Below, piece by piece: positions 37,534 to 52,066 of a stretch of DNA of 64,000 nucleotides (position 1 is its first letter; every line of letters starts with the position of its first letter). The translations under genes and the position numbers were made by a program. Under the pieces are notes generated by a model, which saw nothing but the letters and a program-made list of their open reading frames with translations, did no database searches and was not told the origin of the DNA. Source of the stretch: Utricularia gibba (taxonomy: Eukaryota > Plantae > Magnoliophyta); the NCBI GenBank assembly GCA_002189035.1, contig NEEC01000008.1, positions 1,302,001 through 1,366,000 of the forward strand, given 5' to 3'.

Positions 37534-40500
37534 TCAGCGCCTTTTTTGGCGTGAATATACATATTTCATTACAGGAGGAACTTGGTCCATTTTCCCAGAT
37601 TTTGGGTCATTATCAGAACAATCCTGCTCCAGGTCACTGGAAAAATTAAGCTGCTTCTCAACAGATTTGATAACTAAGGTTCTTTCAAAGTTCAATCTGT
37701 ATGAAGGGGACAAGTTGAATGACTTGCTGCTGCTCAACTCATCGTCCATTTTTCGGTCTGAAGATAAAGCATTTCTCTGCAACTCAGTATTCTCAGAACT
37801 GTTATTTTGCTGAAGCTCAGCAGTGTTCTTAGAACCGTCATTATGCCGAATGTCAGCATTACATGCGACATTTTCCTTGGGTAACTGCACAGACTTTCGC
37901 TTTCTAATGATGGAGGGGGTGTTTTGAAAGCTTTTTGCAGCCATCCGGAGAAGAGATTCAGGTGTTTGAGCAAATAAGCTTCTACCCTTTTCACTTGGTG
38001 GTGTAAAAAAAGCTTCAGAAGGCGCTTCAGTATCCATATCTGCTTCAGAGTGCATCATAGATGTACTTGGCAAATTTGATTGTTGGATGCTGCAACTGTC
38101 TGATGTAGGTGGCTCATAGTATAATGTCCTACACGGTGATGCACCATTATTATACAATGCTCTGGACGCAAGACTTTGATCAACTTCACCATATATACCA
38201 AGATTCTCAGATGAACATTCATTACTCATACGAGTATCCACTGAATTTAAAAGTAGCCTTCCATGTTCGGACGCATTGTGCAGCATGGCCGTACTTGAGT
38301 AATGAGACGTATAATCATGAGATCTGACCACGAGTTCAGGCTTATGGTTCTCATTCCCAACATTACAAGCATCAGCAATTTCACCTGATGCGTCTTCATT
38401 TAAACAAACAAGTGGTTCTCCAGACAATGTCCTGCTGAGGATATCCCCAAAACCATTTTGATGAATATTTTTAGATTCTTCAGGAAGGTGCCCTGTAGCA
38501 AGATAGAAATCCAGCTTCTTCTTGAGAGAACTGTTCCAATGATTCTTGATTGCATTGTCTGTCCTGTAAAAATGAAAATCCGGCCTCAACCTTCTGGCAA
38601 ATGCAAATTGAATACTTGTCTCAACAGCTTGATTATAGAACACTTAATCATAACCTAGAAAATATAGTTCTATAACAAAAATAAACCAAATAAAGCAGCA
38701 TAGTTCGCTTCATCCTGATGACCAGATTAAATAGTCAAAATCTTCATATCCACTTATACATCTGACTAAATATACCAGCATGGTTTTTAGTCTTGGTTTG
38801 AAGTTTCTCCAAAATCAAGAAAAACAAACATGTTCCGAACCTAGTGCAAAAGTTCAGGATCTATATGCAGTTCTCAATAGGACAACCTTAGTTCCAAGAG
38901 TGATGATAAGGTTCTTTATATTGCTCATATTGGTGCAACTCTTACGTTGCAAGTACTATACTGTTATTGGTAGAAAAGAGTACCTTCCAGGTAAAAGCTT
39001 TGCTAATTCAGCCCACCTATTACCATGAGTACGATGAGCACTAAGCAAGGTAAGCTCCTCATCCAAACTCCAAGCGTCCTTCTTGATATGAGGATTCAAG
39101 TGATTGTGCCACCTGAGAGATTCAGAAAAAACAATGTAACGCTTGTTTTCCATACAAAGCATGCGAAGCTGAACCAAAAAACCATTTTCATACATTTAAT
39201 AAAAAACGCTTCATTGCACAACGTTAGATAACAATAATCATACTTACTAGATCTTGATGGCATGCATTTATTTCAAAAGGGCTACAGTAATACTACCTTT
39301 CTCGGCACTGTTTCCCAATCCGACCAGGCAATGATTTTGCTATGACAGACCACTTTGTTGGTCCATGCTTAGTTACAAGTTCCCTTATTTTCTCATCCTC
39401 CTAGAAAAGCAATTAAAGTTCACATTCAACCAATGCGCTCATTCTGACAAATAATTTGGTAAATGAACTGAATCAACACCCGAATACCTCTTGAGTCCAA
39501 GGACCTTTAATAAGCTCTGGATTGAGAACCTTTTGCCATCGATGCAAACACTGCACTTCTGATCTATCAGGAAAAAACTCCGCTGCATGCTTATAGTCTG
39601 AGTATATGGAGCATAAATACGAAAAGAAGTGGATGAATCAAATGAAGTGATACCTATTTTCTTCCAACTCTTTCCACGAAATGCTTCAACTGCTTTTTTT
39701 AACGTATCATCCTAGAGACAAAGGAATACATCATATGAAATTTATGAATGTTCCCTTCAAAATTCATCAAATATCATCTCTCAAGCTATTCTTTTATTCA
39801 CTTTATTTAAACCTCTGCAAATTCATATGCTGCAACAAAGATAATTACCGAAAAGCCCTACCTCCTCGGGAGTCCATCCTCCTTTCGCTCTTCGAATTGG
39901 GCCTGTGGCTCTTCTGCAGAAATAAAGGAACAGCTGGGATCATAGGGCATCAAGATTTATCAGTGATTCATGTTTATCATAAAAAACTATTTCTGGTTAT
40001 CTATATGCCACATGAATTCCAAAATTAATGCAACTTTGCCATGAATTATGGAAATCACAGCTACAACCTGTCTTCATTGAGAAATACAGCACCACAATTG
40101 AAAGTGTATCAAGTTTCATTGAATGATATAACAATTTAAAACAATTCCATAAATGAAATAAGAGGACAACACCCAAAAAATTTGGAATCAAATCTAAACA
40201 CCTAGCGTTCAGATTCACTAAAATGAAACACGATTAAGCCACTGAATGCGACTAGCTGGAGTTAAATACCTAATACACTTGTGCGAACGTTAGTGACAAC
40301 AGGATTTGACATACTAAAAAATATCAAAATAAAATCAATAAACTGTATCCCACTTCAAATAAAATCTGAAAACACAAACAAGAATAGTAACGGTCCAGTC
40401 AGGCCTGCATGCTTGGTTAAGTGCGAAAATCAATACCTTCGTGAGGGAGAAGTACTTGTAGGACTACTAATCCCTGGTGATTTAAGCAGGCCACTGTTCT

Positions 40501-40576
40501 CTGAAACAGACGAGCTTAGGCTAACGGCCGGTTCCTTTCTCTCGAGGTAAAAATCATCAGACTTTACCTCAGCCAT
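37534..40576 (-). CDS. MYB3R: Three-repeat MYB (MYB3R, MYB3R3/5-like), multi-exon
   Basis: Spliced exons give [120 protein letters not shown]. C-terminal SVEKQLNF. Confidence 0.9.
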
Positions 40577-40782
40577 CAGCAGCTATTCATCAGCCTTCAG
40601 AGAACCCAAAATCCAAACTTTTCAATATTCATTCCAATAAAATCACTACAAGAAAACTGTAACTAGATGAAAAAAAAACTAAACCACGTATAGATCTAAA
40701 AAGGAAAAATGAAAATTAGCACAAAAAAGAAGCCGAATTTAAGAAACGCAACTGCAGAACCACGGAAACATCAATTAACATG

Positions 40783-41147
40783 AACGGAACTACAAAACAA
40801 ATCAGACCGTTGACGTAAACAAACACAGACTCCTCCAACAAAAAATACTCACAATAATTCAATACGCTTGAAATCCCCCAATTCAAGTATCAAGCGCCAC
40901 CAAAGCCTTTAAGCCTTGGAAGATAAAACTATCGCAGAATTCGGCGAGGGGGAACCGAAGCCTTACCGAGGCGATGAGTCTAACGAATATTTTGTTGGTA
41001 ATTAAAATTGTTTTTTCATTTTCTTTGTTTTTGAGGGTCTGTTACGGCACCGTTAAAAGTTGTTGGTTTTTCGTATGGGGAAAAACTGACGGTCCAGTAA
41101 CGCCGTGAGCATGACCGTTAGGGACATTAAGTTTGAACCTGAAACGG
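40783..41147 (-). promoter_or_regulatory. MSA (mitosis-specific activator) element cluster in the MYB3R 5' region
   Basis: AGACCGTTG at 40804-40812; TGACCGTTAGG at 41112-41122 (= CCTAACGGTCA, fits YCYAACGGYYA); further AACGG/CCGTT cores near 40783, 41050 and 41143. Confidence 0.6.
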
Positions 41148-42491
41148 TACTGTTTTCAGCGGCCCAATTCGGCCAAATCTTCTCCGAACCAAGTAAAATG
41201 ACTATTGAACCCAAACGATGCGGTCCAGATGTTACCCGAATACTGGTAACCCTAAACCCAGACAGGGGTGTATACGTAAATTCCCGCCTCCTTCTTTCAT
41301 AGTCGTTAAGGAAAAAGAAGATTTGTTTGTTATCGTTTGTTTTTAGATTTAGATACTGTAAGATTCTTCTTTTTTTAGAATTGAGGATAATATATATTTT
41401 TAAATAATAAAAAATATTTTGAATAATAGGAAAGAGAGTATTGGGAAGAAGTGTTTGGAAATATTAGGTTAAATTTTCGGTTTTCGATTTGGACCCGAAT
41501 CCGGTTTTCTTGGTGTTGGGCTTGATCTTGGCCATAGCTCATAGCTCATAATGGGAAATGAATAAAAAAATGCAACATGAGTAATAGTAAAATATATTTT
41601 TCTTTTTTTTATTTAATTTCAACAATTATTAATTTCTACCACACATCTTTTATAATGATTAATACTACAATAATTCACAACAATCAAGAGGCGCTACTCA
41701 AGCCAAAATTCACTTGCCACGATATTGTGCAGGCGTCTGCAGGATTACATCACAGCAACAGTACTCCACCATTCACAGGAAAAACTTGCAAGCACAAGGT
41801 TTCATGATTTGATGGGCAAGCAGCGAGATCTCAATTTTCTAGTACCTGGATTGAAAAAGCTAGAAGAAGAAGCGGAACAGGAGTCTGATTTCTGGTATCC
41901 TGCATTTTATGCTGAACGCTACACAACGTTGGTTGGCCTTCACCAGCTTTATGAATGTGCTATTCTTTTGTCACATACAACACAAAATTACTTGCAGAAA
42001 CAAATGGAACAAGCACTCAAACAAAGGAAGTGTTTTCAGCATCTGAATGAAGCATACGTAGAAGATGAATTCTAGTTCGAGGCAGCAAAACTACCCACAA
42101 ATCATAGATAAAAGCCAGGGAAGCCAGTGTCAAGGTACTAGATCCCAAATTTAAAAGGATCAGAGGCAGAGATACCAGCGATGCATTGGTACAACATTCT
42201 GCATCACTTCTTTGATGAAAGAAGCAGACGACATTGTGACTTGCGAATGGAAACCAGTTCCAATGAGCAATAGTCTAGAAAAGCAGAAGCTTGCATACAT
42301 AAAAAGAACGCAATAAAGTATCCAAAACATTTGGAAGCATTGGCAGACATAATAGAATACTTCGCATTTCCATAAAGTAATCTTGAAAGGCTACAGAACC
42401 AGGCGAAGTAATTCGGAGAGGAATTACACCAAAAGCTAACCCTATTACGAGAAGAACTAACCCAACCCTACACAATCAATGACAATTTCGC

Positions 42492-43028
<537 letters not shown>

Positions 43029-43672
43029 CTTTCGTTTCTTCCGGATCCCAGTGACGAAAAATTTCAAATTTTCACTTTCGTAGGTATTCAAATGTTTATT
43101 TCCACTTCGAACCCGCGGGCCCGCGAATTTTTCGCAAACCGGCCTGCGCGGCTCGATGATTTTACGCGTATTTTCGAATTTATTAGATATTTCGTAAAAT
43201 TAATAGTTAAAGATAGAAAAATGGTTGCTATTAAAAAAGTTATATTTTATTTTAGAATACTAAATCGTCATTCTTTGAATTACTAATGATTGGGATAACC
43301 ATTGTATATCAGATACATACAATTTTGCCTATCAGCTATAACTATATTTTAAATATTTTTATTATTTAGTATTTGAATTGAAGATAATTAATTTCTATTA
43401 TTAAACAAATTAAGTATGTTTAATTGAAAATTAATTTTGTAAATATTTTTAAACAATTGTTGTCAAAACTAAACCACTAAATAACACGTGCCCTTGAACA
43501 TGCAAACAAGCTCACCCACTTGCAATATTTTGAATGAGCGGGTGATTAAATATAAAAGAAAGAGGAACGCCATATACTAGACATGGCGAGGACCCAAGTC
43601 CAGAATTCCCATGGGAGGAAAGCGTTCATTTGAAGGGAAAAGGAAGGGATGAAGTAGGAAACAATGAGCAGT

Positions 43673-44738
43673 TCAGTTAGCGCGGCTCTTGATAACATCA
43701 AGGCCCATTTCTGTTGGATCAGTGGCTTGGAGTTCAACTTGAATGCCATCCAACTCCCTTTTGAATCGGTCCTTGGAGCTCGCGTATATCATTTTGTTCC
43801 TGATCCTTGATGCGTCGGGGGACCTTATAGGGAGGGAACACATAAAGGTGAGTATCATGGTCATGGGAATTATGGAAGGGGAGATGCAGAAACTACCAAG
43901 CAATGAAGAAGATTCTGCTTTTCTGGCAATTCTCTGTGGTGACGAAGTCGAAATCGAAGACAGCATAACGGCATTCATCGGTGGGGAGACTTGCAGCCAA
44001 GTCCTCGTAGCCATTGGCTGGCTCACCGACTTTTTCGACAACCACTTGCTTCTGTTTCTCCTCGATCTTGAAGATGATGAATCGGTGTGTCCTCTTTGCT
44101 TTCAATTCCAAGAACCTCAGCTTGCATTCATCGTTCACAGCTATCCCAGATGCTGCGTTCGCCTGTGATGAAAGAAATCGATGTCAAAAGCGCTTTTGCC
44201 GCTGATAGTGGTTAACATCTTAACAAGCATCCAACCATAGCAAAGTAGGAGATAGAAATGTTTGTAAAAATGGTAAGTTGCCATCTTGAAAACAAACGCT
44301 TGAGTTGCCCAGAGAGTCACAAAACATAAAAAATATAAATCTTCTAATGTGACTTCAGGATCAAAGAGAACCAAAAGAAACTCCAGAAGAACGAAAAGGT
44401 TGCACAGCGAAATACGGATCACAAAACATCCCCTGGACCGGAGTTTCACTCACTACTAACGGAATCATCAACAAAACCGCATCTCTCACTGCGTACGAGC
44501 GGCTAGCAACAACCAGATCTTCCAGTTCCCCAATAATCTCCAAAACATCAACTCCAGGCATCATTATAGGAGAATCAGGAAGAATATCGAATAAAAAACG
44601 CATACGCGGTACAGAACCAAAAGCAAACACCTCCTAAACACAAACTGAGCAGGACAACACAGACATATACCGGATTAAAACGCTGAAGAACAAGAACAAG
44701 AAAATGGACGATCGAAGGGTTTACAGGAAGCTTACCAT
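43673..44738 (-). CDS. ADF: Actin-depolymerizing factor; exons 44738-44736 (ATG only), 44162-43897, 43823-43673
   Basis: [88 protein letters not shown]. Typical single-codon first exon. Confidence 0.96.
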
Positions 44739-46092
44739 TGTCTCACGACTCAAGACGGAGAAGACGATGGACGACCAGGTGGGTGATGCGTATTTGCGAA
44801 CGACAAGAAAGGGAGGGAATTTATATAGAAGACGCGACGGTTCAACAAGCGACAGAATAATTAAAATAATTTTATTCTTTTACCATAGGTTAAGCCGGTA
44901 AGGGTAAAAGTTTGTTACCCTCAGTTACTGGCGAGCTGTTGGCTTGGGCTGGAGCCGCGCACGCTTCACCTATGACTTAGGCGCCGGCCCATTTAGATCT
45001 TAACCACGAATCAGCAGAGTCGAGTTACTATGCATATTTAAAATATAAGCACTATGCATATTCAAATCTATATTTATCATAATTTGTAAAGTAAAAGAAT
45101 GTCGCAACTCATACAATATATATTTACATTGAACAATGTCTATCATATACATATTAAAAAAATATGTACTGATTTGAATCAAATTCAAATAACAAATATT
45201 TAAATCACACAAGTTACTTGAGTTAACTGGTATTCGTGTACAGTGATAATTTAAGTATTATAATTTATGATTTACTTAAATCTTATACAAGATAATGATG
45301 ACTTTTGCATTTAAGTTATGAATATCGTTAAAATTTTATAACGAAAAATAACACAATGACATTATCACTTCGTGCATATTAATTGCATTAATTACACCAG
45401 TTGAATGTATTAACGTTTTGCGATACAATAAACACAGTCAAGGTGATGACATGCATGTTACTATTAAAGACTAATTAAGCCGGCCCCAGCCGAGCCGAGC
45501 CAAGCCATTACACGTTTTACTTGGATAAACACCTTGTAATGAATGGGGCCCACCGTAGAGATTCGTCCCGCGTCAACTCTACGCGACACCTTAAACTTTT
45601 AAAATATTCCTTTTCGCCTCAGCTGATTCTTTTTCAAGAATTTTGAATTTATAAGAACCCGCCCCCTTATTCTTTCGATATTTGGAATCCACCCCCGCAT
45701 TCACGTTAATTCAAATAGAGTCCATAACCAATCTTGAGTACTAAAAATACTCGATAAAGAAAATAATTAGAACCAATTACGTCATTTAGGATTAAATGTT
45801 GCATTTTGATCAAATATTAGGGATCAATTATGACACTTAGTTAAACATAAATCCCATAATCAAAATCATGTAAAAGATGTAAATGAGAGAGAATCAGATT
45901 TTGAGGGATAAGACAAAAAATCTCAAACATCAATTATTTTTTAAATATTTAAATAAGCTTATATAAACTCAAATAAATTAAACATAAAATACAACTCTAC
46001 ACCACAATCAAATAGATGAATTAAAAAAGTAATAATTCTACTTTTAAATAACCTTTCACGATTTCAAATCAAGAAACAGTCCCTTCAGTCAA

Positions 46093-46157
46093 TGGGCTCA
46101 ACGTAGACAGTAAGTGGGCCTGCAATGGGCCCATCGATCTGTTTACCTCAATGGGCC
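46093..46157. promoter_or_regulatory. Dense site II cluster between ADF and HIPP
   Basis: TGGGCT at 46093; TGGGCC at 46115, 46126 and 46152. Confidence 0.4.
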
Positions 46158-47559
46158 GGCCTCTCATGGAAAAGAACGAATAAAATTCAATAATAATAAT
46201 AATAATAAAATATCCAGAAATGAAGATACGGTGGTAGATGTTGAATTTAAAGGTAAGGTAAGGTTGGTGGCGTGAAAATGCGTGGAGTAGCTGGAAAATC
46301 ATTGCGCACAAATAAATATTTCCGAGATATTTCAAAAGCGGCTGACCAAAAGGCACCTACCACCAACCCCATCTTTTTAATATTTGCCCCCCTTTTTCCC
46401 CATTCCAAATAGCCCTAATCATTGCTGGCTTTCCTTTGAATTGCAATCAGAATTGGGGATCCATACCATACCTGGATGCGAGTCGCGAGGGGAGACTCCG
46501 TCCGGGGCGATCGGCGCCCACGGGTGGGGGTGGGGCTGCGGCTGTGGGCGTCCCGTCCCGTCCCGTCGGCGGATTCATGTGATACTATTAAATGAAGGCG
46601 CGACAAGGGAGGTATGTGAGTGAGGATCCCAGCCCCCACAGCTACCTCTACCAATGAGCAGTTATGGCGCAAAGTAAACGTCTCCACTGTGCCCTCTCTC
46701 TTTCTCCATCTCTCCCTATTTTAAAAATTGATGTGAACCCATTAACCGGATCCTTCACAAAAACGATCTTATTTATATACATCAATAGTATGAATGATAA
46801 AATTTTCAACTTGATCAAAATAGTTATAAAGGTCATCTGGTATGCTACATTCTAAAATATTTAGAATCGAAAGAATAACAAACCCGTCAAACAAATTGGA
46901 GGTTAGAATTATTCGAAAAAGTACAATTTATGAACTGTATTAGGTTAATAGAGATTCTCCTAATCTTCAATGAAGATTAGTTGTATGTTTAAAGTGAATA
47001 ATATCGTAAAATAAAAAAGTTAATACCATCAGAATTAAATTCAAATAAGTCACAATGATAGAATAAAAAGGTACTCAATAAGTATATCGAGTGTCTAAAA
47101 AGATAAGAATGTAAGATTAAAAATCTTGTAACAGTATTTAACTTGATTATAATTGGAGAAGGGATGTGGTTAAATTGATGAATAATTAATCTATTACATG
47201 CTTGAGATAGGAGATTGGTTCGATTTTAAAATGTAGCTCGTATGCATTGAGCTTTTGATAAGGAAGTTACATCAGTTTTAGAAAAGTAGTGAACTATTGT
47301 TTTAGAAAGAAGGATAGATAGCACGTTTGGACTAATCGATTTATGGAAAAAGGAAGGGTTTAGGACAACATTATGGCACGTAGATGGATGCTACTAGACT
47401 AAGGTTTGGGTACCTGCCCCTACCACACTTATTATTAATGATAAATAAATGGAGAAAAAAGGACTAACAATTTAATAACCTAAAGTTTCTAGAAATACGT
47501 ACCCCAAACCCACTACCGTCTTCCAGTTTGCTCTGCCACAAGTGCGTCTCTTGCGCGCA

Positions 47560-48477
47560 ATGGGTTCTGAGAAGGTGATTTCTTTATCGTTTTTGACGCC
47601 TCGTCTTCTTGTTGTTTTCCTTCTGAGGCCTCTTTGAGGTGCGGTGCAGGTGACTCCGATGGTGGTCAAGGTTGATCTGCAATGCCCCACTTGCAAGAAG
47701 AAGATCAAGAAGACCCTCTGCAATGTGGCGGGTGAGTTTTTTTCTGTGAATGGGACTGTGTGTTTAGGGGGTATTTCTGTGTGTAATCGTCGGTGGGTGA
47801 CGGGGGTTTCATTATTCTCAGAGGTTCGGGATCAAATCTACGATGAGAAGAACAATCTCGTGAGAATTAGCGTGATCACTTGCTGTCCGGAGAGAGTGCG
47901 TGATAAATTGCGCTTGAAGGCCGGAAAAGTGATCAGGGACATCGAAATCGTGGAGCTCAAGAAACTGGAAAAGAAGGAATCGGCGCTGGTGGGTGAGGGA
48001 AAAAAGGCTGATAAGAAGGAATTGCCGCCAGAGAAACCCAAATTGGAGAAGAAGGAACCTGCGCAGGCGGATAAGGACTCCGCGCCGGAGAAAAAGGAAC
48101 CGGCGCCGGAGAAGCCGAAGCACAAGCCCAAGGAGGGTGAAAAGCCAGAGAAGGTAAAGGAGAAAGCGGAATCCGAGAAGCCCAGGGAATGGGTGAAGGC
48201 ATTGGAAGTAGCGGCGCCGGTGAGCGGAGTGCCGTCGGTGTTTCCCTACTCGGGGCCGACCTACGATGGCGGTTACGGCGGTTTTCACGGATACGGATAT
48301 CCGCAGCCGGTGTACGAAGGATATATCGGGCCGCAGATGGGTTACGGCCCGGGTCCAACTATGTATGGATATGGGGCCTTTTATAACGACTACGGGTACG
48401 GGTACGGGAACGGCCCAATGAACAGATCCGAACGCTACTTCAGTGAGGAAAATCCTACGGGTTGCTCCATCATGTAA
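47560..48477 (+). CDS. Heavy-metal-associated isoprenylated protein, Pi21-like (HMA, Lys/Glu/Pro-rich, Gly/Tyr-rich, CaaX); exons 47560-47574, 47650-47731, 47822-48477
   Basis: MGSEK|VTPMVVKVDLQCPTCKKKIKKTLC..DEKNNLVRISVITCCPERVRDKL; KKEPAPEKPK repeats; ends YFSEENPTGCSIM*. Confidence 0.88.
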
Positions 48478-48963
48478 AAGCATCATAGTTCCCTCGCATT
48501 TTTCTTATAAAAACATCAAATGGCCCTATGCTGTATTTGATTTAAAATACATAAGTTTAAGGTTTGGATTCGTGGACCTGCATTCAGTGAACCATCATTT
48601 GAGAAAAGAACTCGACAGGTCCGACCCGAACCCGTGCCTAGCTCTAACATGATTTCTAAGGAAAACTGATTGGAGTACCTACACCTGATCAAAAAAATCA
48701 TGAAATGTTTATATGAATGATTAACAACTTAATTCAACCACTATCATGAACAACTTGTGACTTACAATGATTTAACCATAGTTCAATCACGATTTTTCTA
48801 ACAATGTGCCTCATATCCAAGATCTATTGCAAGGACTTGTATACATTCATTAGAAGGGAATGCAAAACTTTGTATCCCAGCAGAGTGAGACAGAAGCATG
48901 AGCCAAATCAGCGGGGCTTATGCTCACTTTACCTTCGCTGTCAGCCAAGGGGTGCATATAAAA

Positions 48964-51317
48964 TCACCAGTCCTGCAGTTGAGAGGAAATGCTCTTCACT
49001 AAAGGGTGGTATTCTGTGTGTAGATATCTCTTTGCATCCTCCGAACCAGGCTCACCCAGCCACTCTTCGTATATACCTTTGATCTGTAAATTTTCGAATG
49101 GGCTGGGTGTCAAAACCTGGAAGTTCAGAATGTGTGTCATATAAATGTGGAGTTTGTAGGATCGTTATGATATGCAAGATTAAAAAGCTCGGTCTGCGAT
49201 GGCCTACGTTTTTGGAGTAGGCTGCTTCCAATGACTGGATCAGATCTTTAGGAGATTGGCCCGCCTTGGGTTTGATCTGACCTCCACCGTTCAAGCATCC
49301 TGCAAAGACAGGGGCAGGATGGTGTAAGCAGTGAAGGTTGAAGAGACTGGTTGGCAATGTATTTCGGCTGATTAATCCAAAAAATTATGAGAGTATAATA
49401 TTACCAGAAGGGCAGGCCATTACTTCCAGAAAGTGATAGTCACATTTTCCGGTTTTGATTTTCGTAGCTATGTTGCGCAGGTTCCTGAAACCATAACACA
49501 ACGCAAATCTCAACACAGTTTTACCATCCACCTGCAATGCGGAAATGAGAAGTATTATTCTCCCTGTGAATGTAACCAAACTACAAGTAAAAACATTCTG
49601 AATCGCTTGGCTCACCTCAAGGCTAACTTCACGAAAATCAGTGTTTTTCACAGTCTTGAAGTCGAGTGGCCCTTCAATTTCCCTTCCAAACAGGACTTTT
49701 GCCGCATGCCGAAATACACAATCTGCATATCCTCCGGAACTTCCACGAACGCCAAAGAGATGACCTTCTTCGTCAACATTTGATAAACTATCAAAGAAGG
49801 AAATATTTTAAGGAAACATTTTTAACTCCTGTGATATAACTTGAACTTTTCAGATTGAAAGAATGCATACAATCTTACATGTTATCTAACGGGGACTCCT
49901 CCAAGGAAGTGAAATCGACTGATAGTGACTGCATAAGCATTGAACATTAAATAGAATTTTAATACATCAGAAATGAAACTATATAGAAATAGCAAAACTT
50001 CACCTGAATCAGATCTAAAATCTCTCCTGTTGTCAAAACAGAATCTACTTCAGTCAATTTACCACCCCCAACATCGTCTTGAAATACGAAGTCCTCTCGA
50101 GAAGCCTCAAGCTTTTTGTCATAGCATGGCATGACAGTGACATGATAAATGTCTTCTTTCCTACAAGCAACCCACGAATAAGAAACCATACATATGTTTG
50201 TTTAATGCCATCGAAAAACATCCATTTTAATTTTATTCCAAGTCATTGTGATACGGTGCCAAAATTTCTACGTTGAAAGCAATCAACAGACTAAAAAGAA
50301 TGGGCAACCACCTGAGTTGCATCTTTTTCGATAAATGGTGTTTGATAACAGCTCCAATTGTTTGCTGTGGACTTTTCACAGAAGATATATATGGAAGAAT
50401 GTAAGATCCGAGTGTTTTTTCTGCATAGCATATCCAGCCTGCAAATACATATTGTGAAAGGTAAGATAAGCAACAACAAAACTTGCACATTTATCAAGTC
50501 TGATTCAGTTTCCACCCACTCCTATCAGACATACCTGGACATGCAGAAGAAATAATTGGAAGAGTTGGCGCTGGCCTCTCATAATCATATGAATTGCAAT
50601 TTTTATATCGTGCAACAAATTCATTACAACACTCAATAAGAGCTAAATCCCGGCTGCAGCTGATATCAAATATTGATTTTACGCCCAAGGATTTAAATAG
50701 TGTTGTGAGCTTTTTAAAGACCTGTGAGACATTAAACAAAAGGTTCATTTGGGAAAACGTCATGCAAACATTGAATCTCACTTACTTGAAGGGAAGAAAG
50801 GCCATGAAATACAGCTAGAGAAGCTCTAGACTGTGGTGACAGGGAGACAAAAACTGTTTTCCCTTTGCTGAGATTAGAGCAAAACTCATCTAAACTTTGT
50901 TTTTCAAGCAAAACTGTCTCTGCGGACGTCACACACCCACTGCATGGTATTAAAAATAAACGTTTAGCTTTAGCACTGTATATCTTATGTGCATAACACA
51001 TTCTGTGCCACGAAAAGTTGCGCCAAACTACGTAGTATAATCAGCTTTCAAAATCAAAGAGGTTACACACCTGCAGGCTAAGCAGTCCTTCAATGATATC
51101 TTCACAGGCTCATCTGTCACAGCCTTGGATGCAGTGTTCACTTTTACCGTTTTCTGAAAATATGCATATGAATTCCTAAATGATAAAGCACCAATCAATC
51201 CTAGCAGATTGCATATCACGAAAATTTTACCTCACTTTGGATAACACAACCTTGTGACGGCGATATATAATCATTCAGGTCCCCAATTCTCAGGGTGGCT
51301 GAGAATTTCTCCGACAT
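48964..51317 (-). CDS. NAR1: NAR1/GOLLUM cytosolic Fe-S assembly factor ([FeFe]-hydrogenase-like), multi-exon
   Basis: [25 protein letters not shown]; [27 protein letters not shown]; [14 protein letters not shown]; [19 protein letters not shown]; YGFRNL; [19 protein letters not shown]; LHTEYHP...LQDW*. Confidence 0.95.
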
Positions 51318-52066
51318 AATCTGCCGCTTGTCTAATTTTATGTACAATTATCCTACGTATTGAACCTGGCATACGATCAGAATCAGTGTAGCTCCACAAG
51401 GAAACTCATCTCTCCCAACTCAAGAAACAGAAAAATCCAGTATTGTAAAAATAAACTAGTGAAAAATAAAATAAAACAGGGATTTCAAATAGCTAGTCAC
51501 TCAAAGGAGCAAGCGAGCCATCAACCCTACCAATTTCTCGAAATCCATTCACCCGAAGTTTCATGCCCTTGGAATTTCAAGCAATATTTCACGCGAAGGA
51601 TTGAAAAGCAGAATAATCGTGCTTCAGTAAGCATAACAAACCTACGAATATAAAACGCCGATCACAGCCTCTGCTCTTGACGGCAACCAGACGGTGCGAG
51701 ACAACCGGGAAATCTCTCAAAATGGGCGCTTTTGAAAGAATCGTGATTTCGGGCTATTTAAAAGACGAGTAAAGTTGATTTATGGGCTGTTTATACATTT
51801 AAAAAAAATCGAATATAATTTCCAAATATTTTACATTTTCCTACATAAAAATATGTGATTAAATTAACATTTTTAAATTAAAAGTGATAAATTTGCCTTT
51901 TGTCCTCCATAATGAATTAGGGGCATGGTTTTCTGCCGTGTGTTTATATTTTAATATTATTATATTTTATTATAAAAAAAGCCAATGGCACACACGAAAC
52001 ATAAAACACCATAAAACCACGCCATACACAGACACCATCGGAGTCTGTCTGTCGCAATGTCATCCA

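Noticed and set aside
39293-39306. TACCTTTCTCGGC, similar to the U2 snRNA 5' end
   Set aside because: It is the antisense of a MYB3R exon/donor junction and the rest of U2 is absent.
41725-42075. 116-aa plus-strand ORF between MYB3R and H4
   Set aside because: No recognisable homology; more likely antisense to the H4 3' region.
46079-46092. TCCCTTCAGTCAA, similar to a miR319 target site
   Set aside because: Bulge in the seed region, no 5' pairing, and not in a known transcript.
46460-46482. ATACCATACCTGGATGCGAGTC, similar to the U1 snRNA 5' end
   Set aside because: No Sm site, U1 stem-loops or upstream USE element.
47818-48486. Long antisense ORFs (up to 222 aa) over the HIPP, and similar ones over the UGT, H4, ADF and MAKR-like genes
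   Set aside because: Shadow ORFs of GC-rich or repetitive sense coding sequence.
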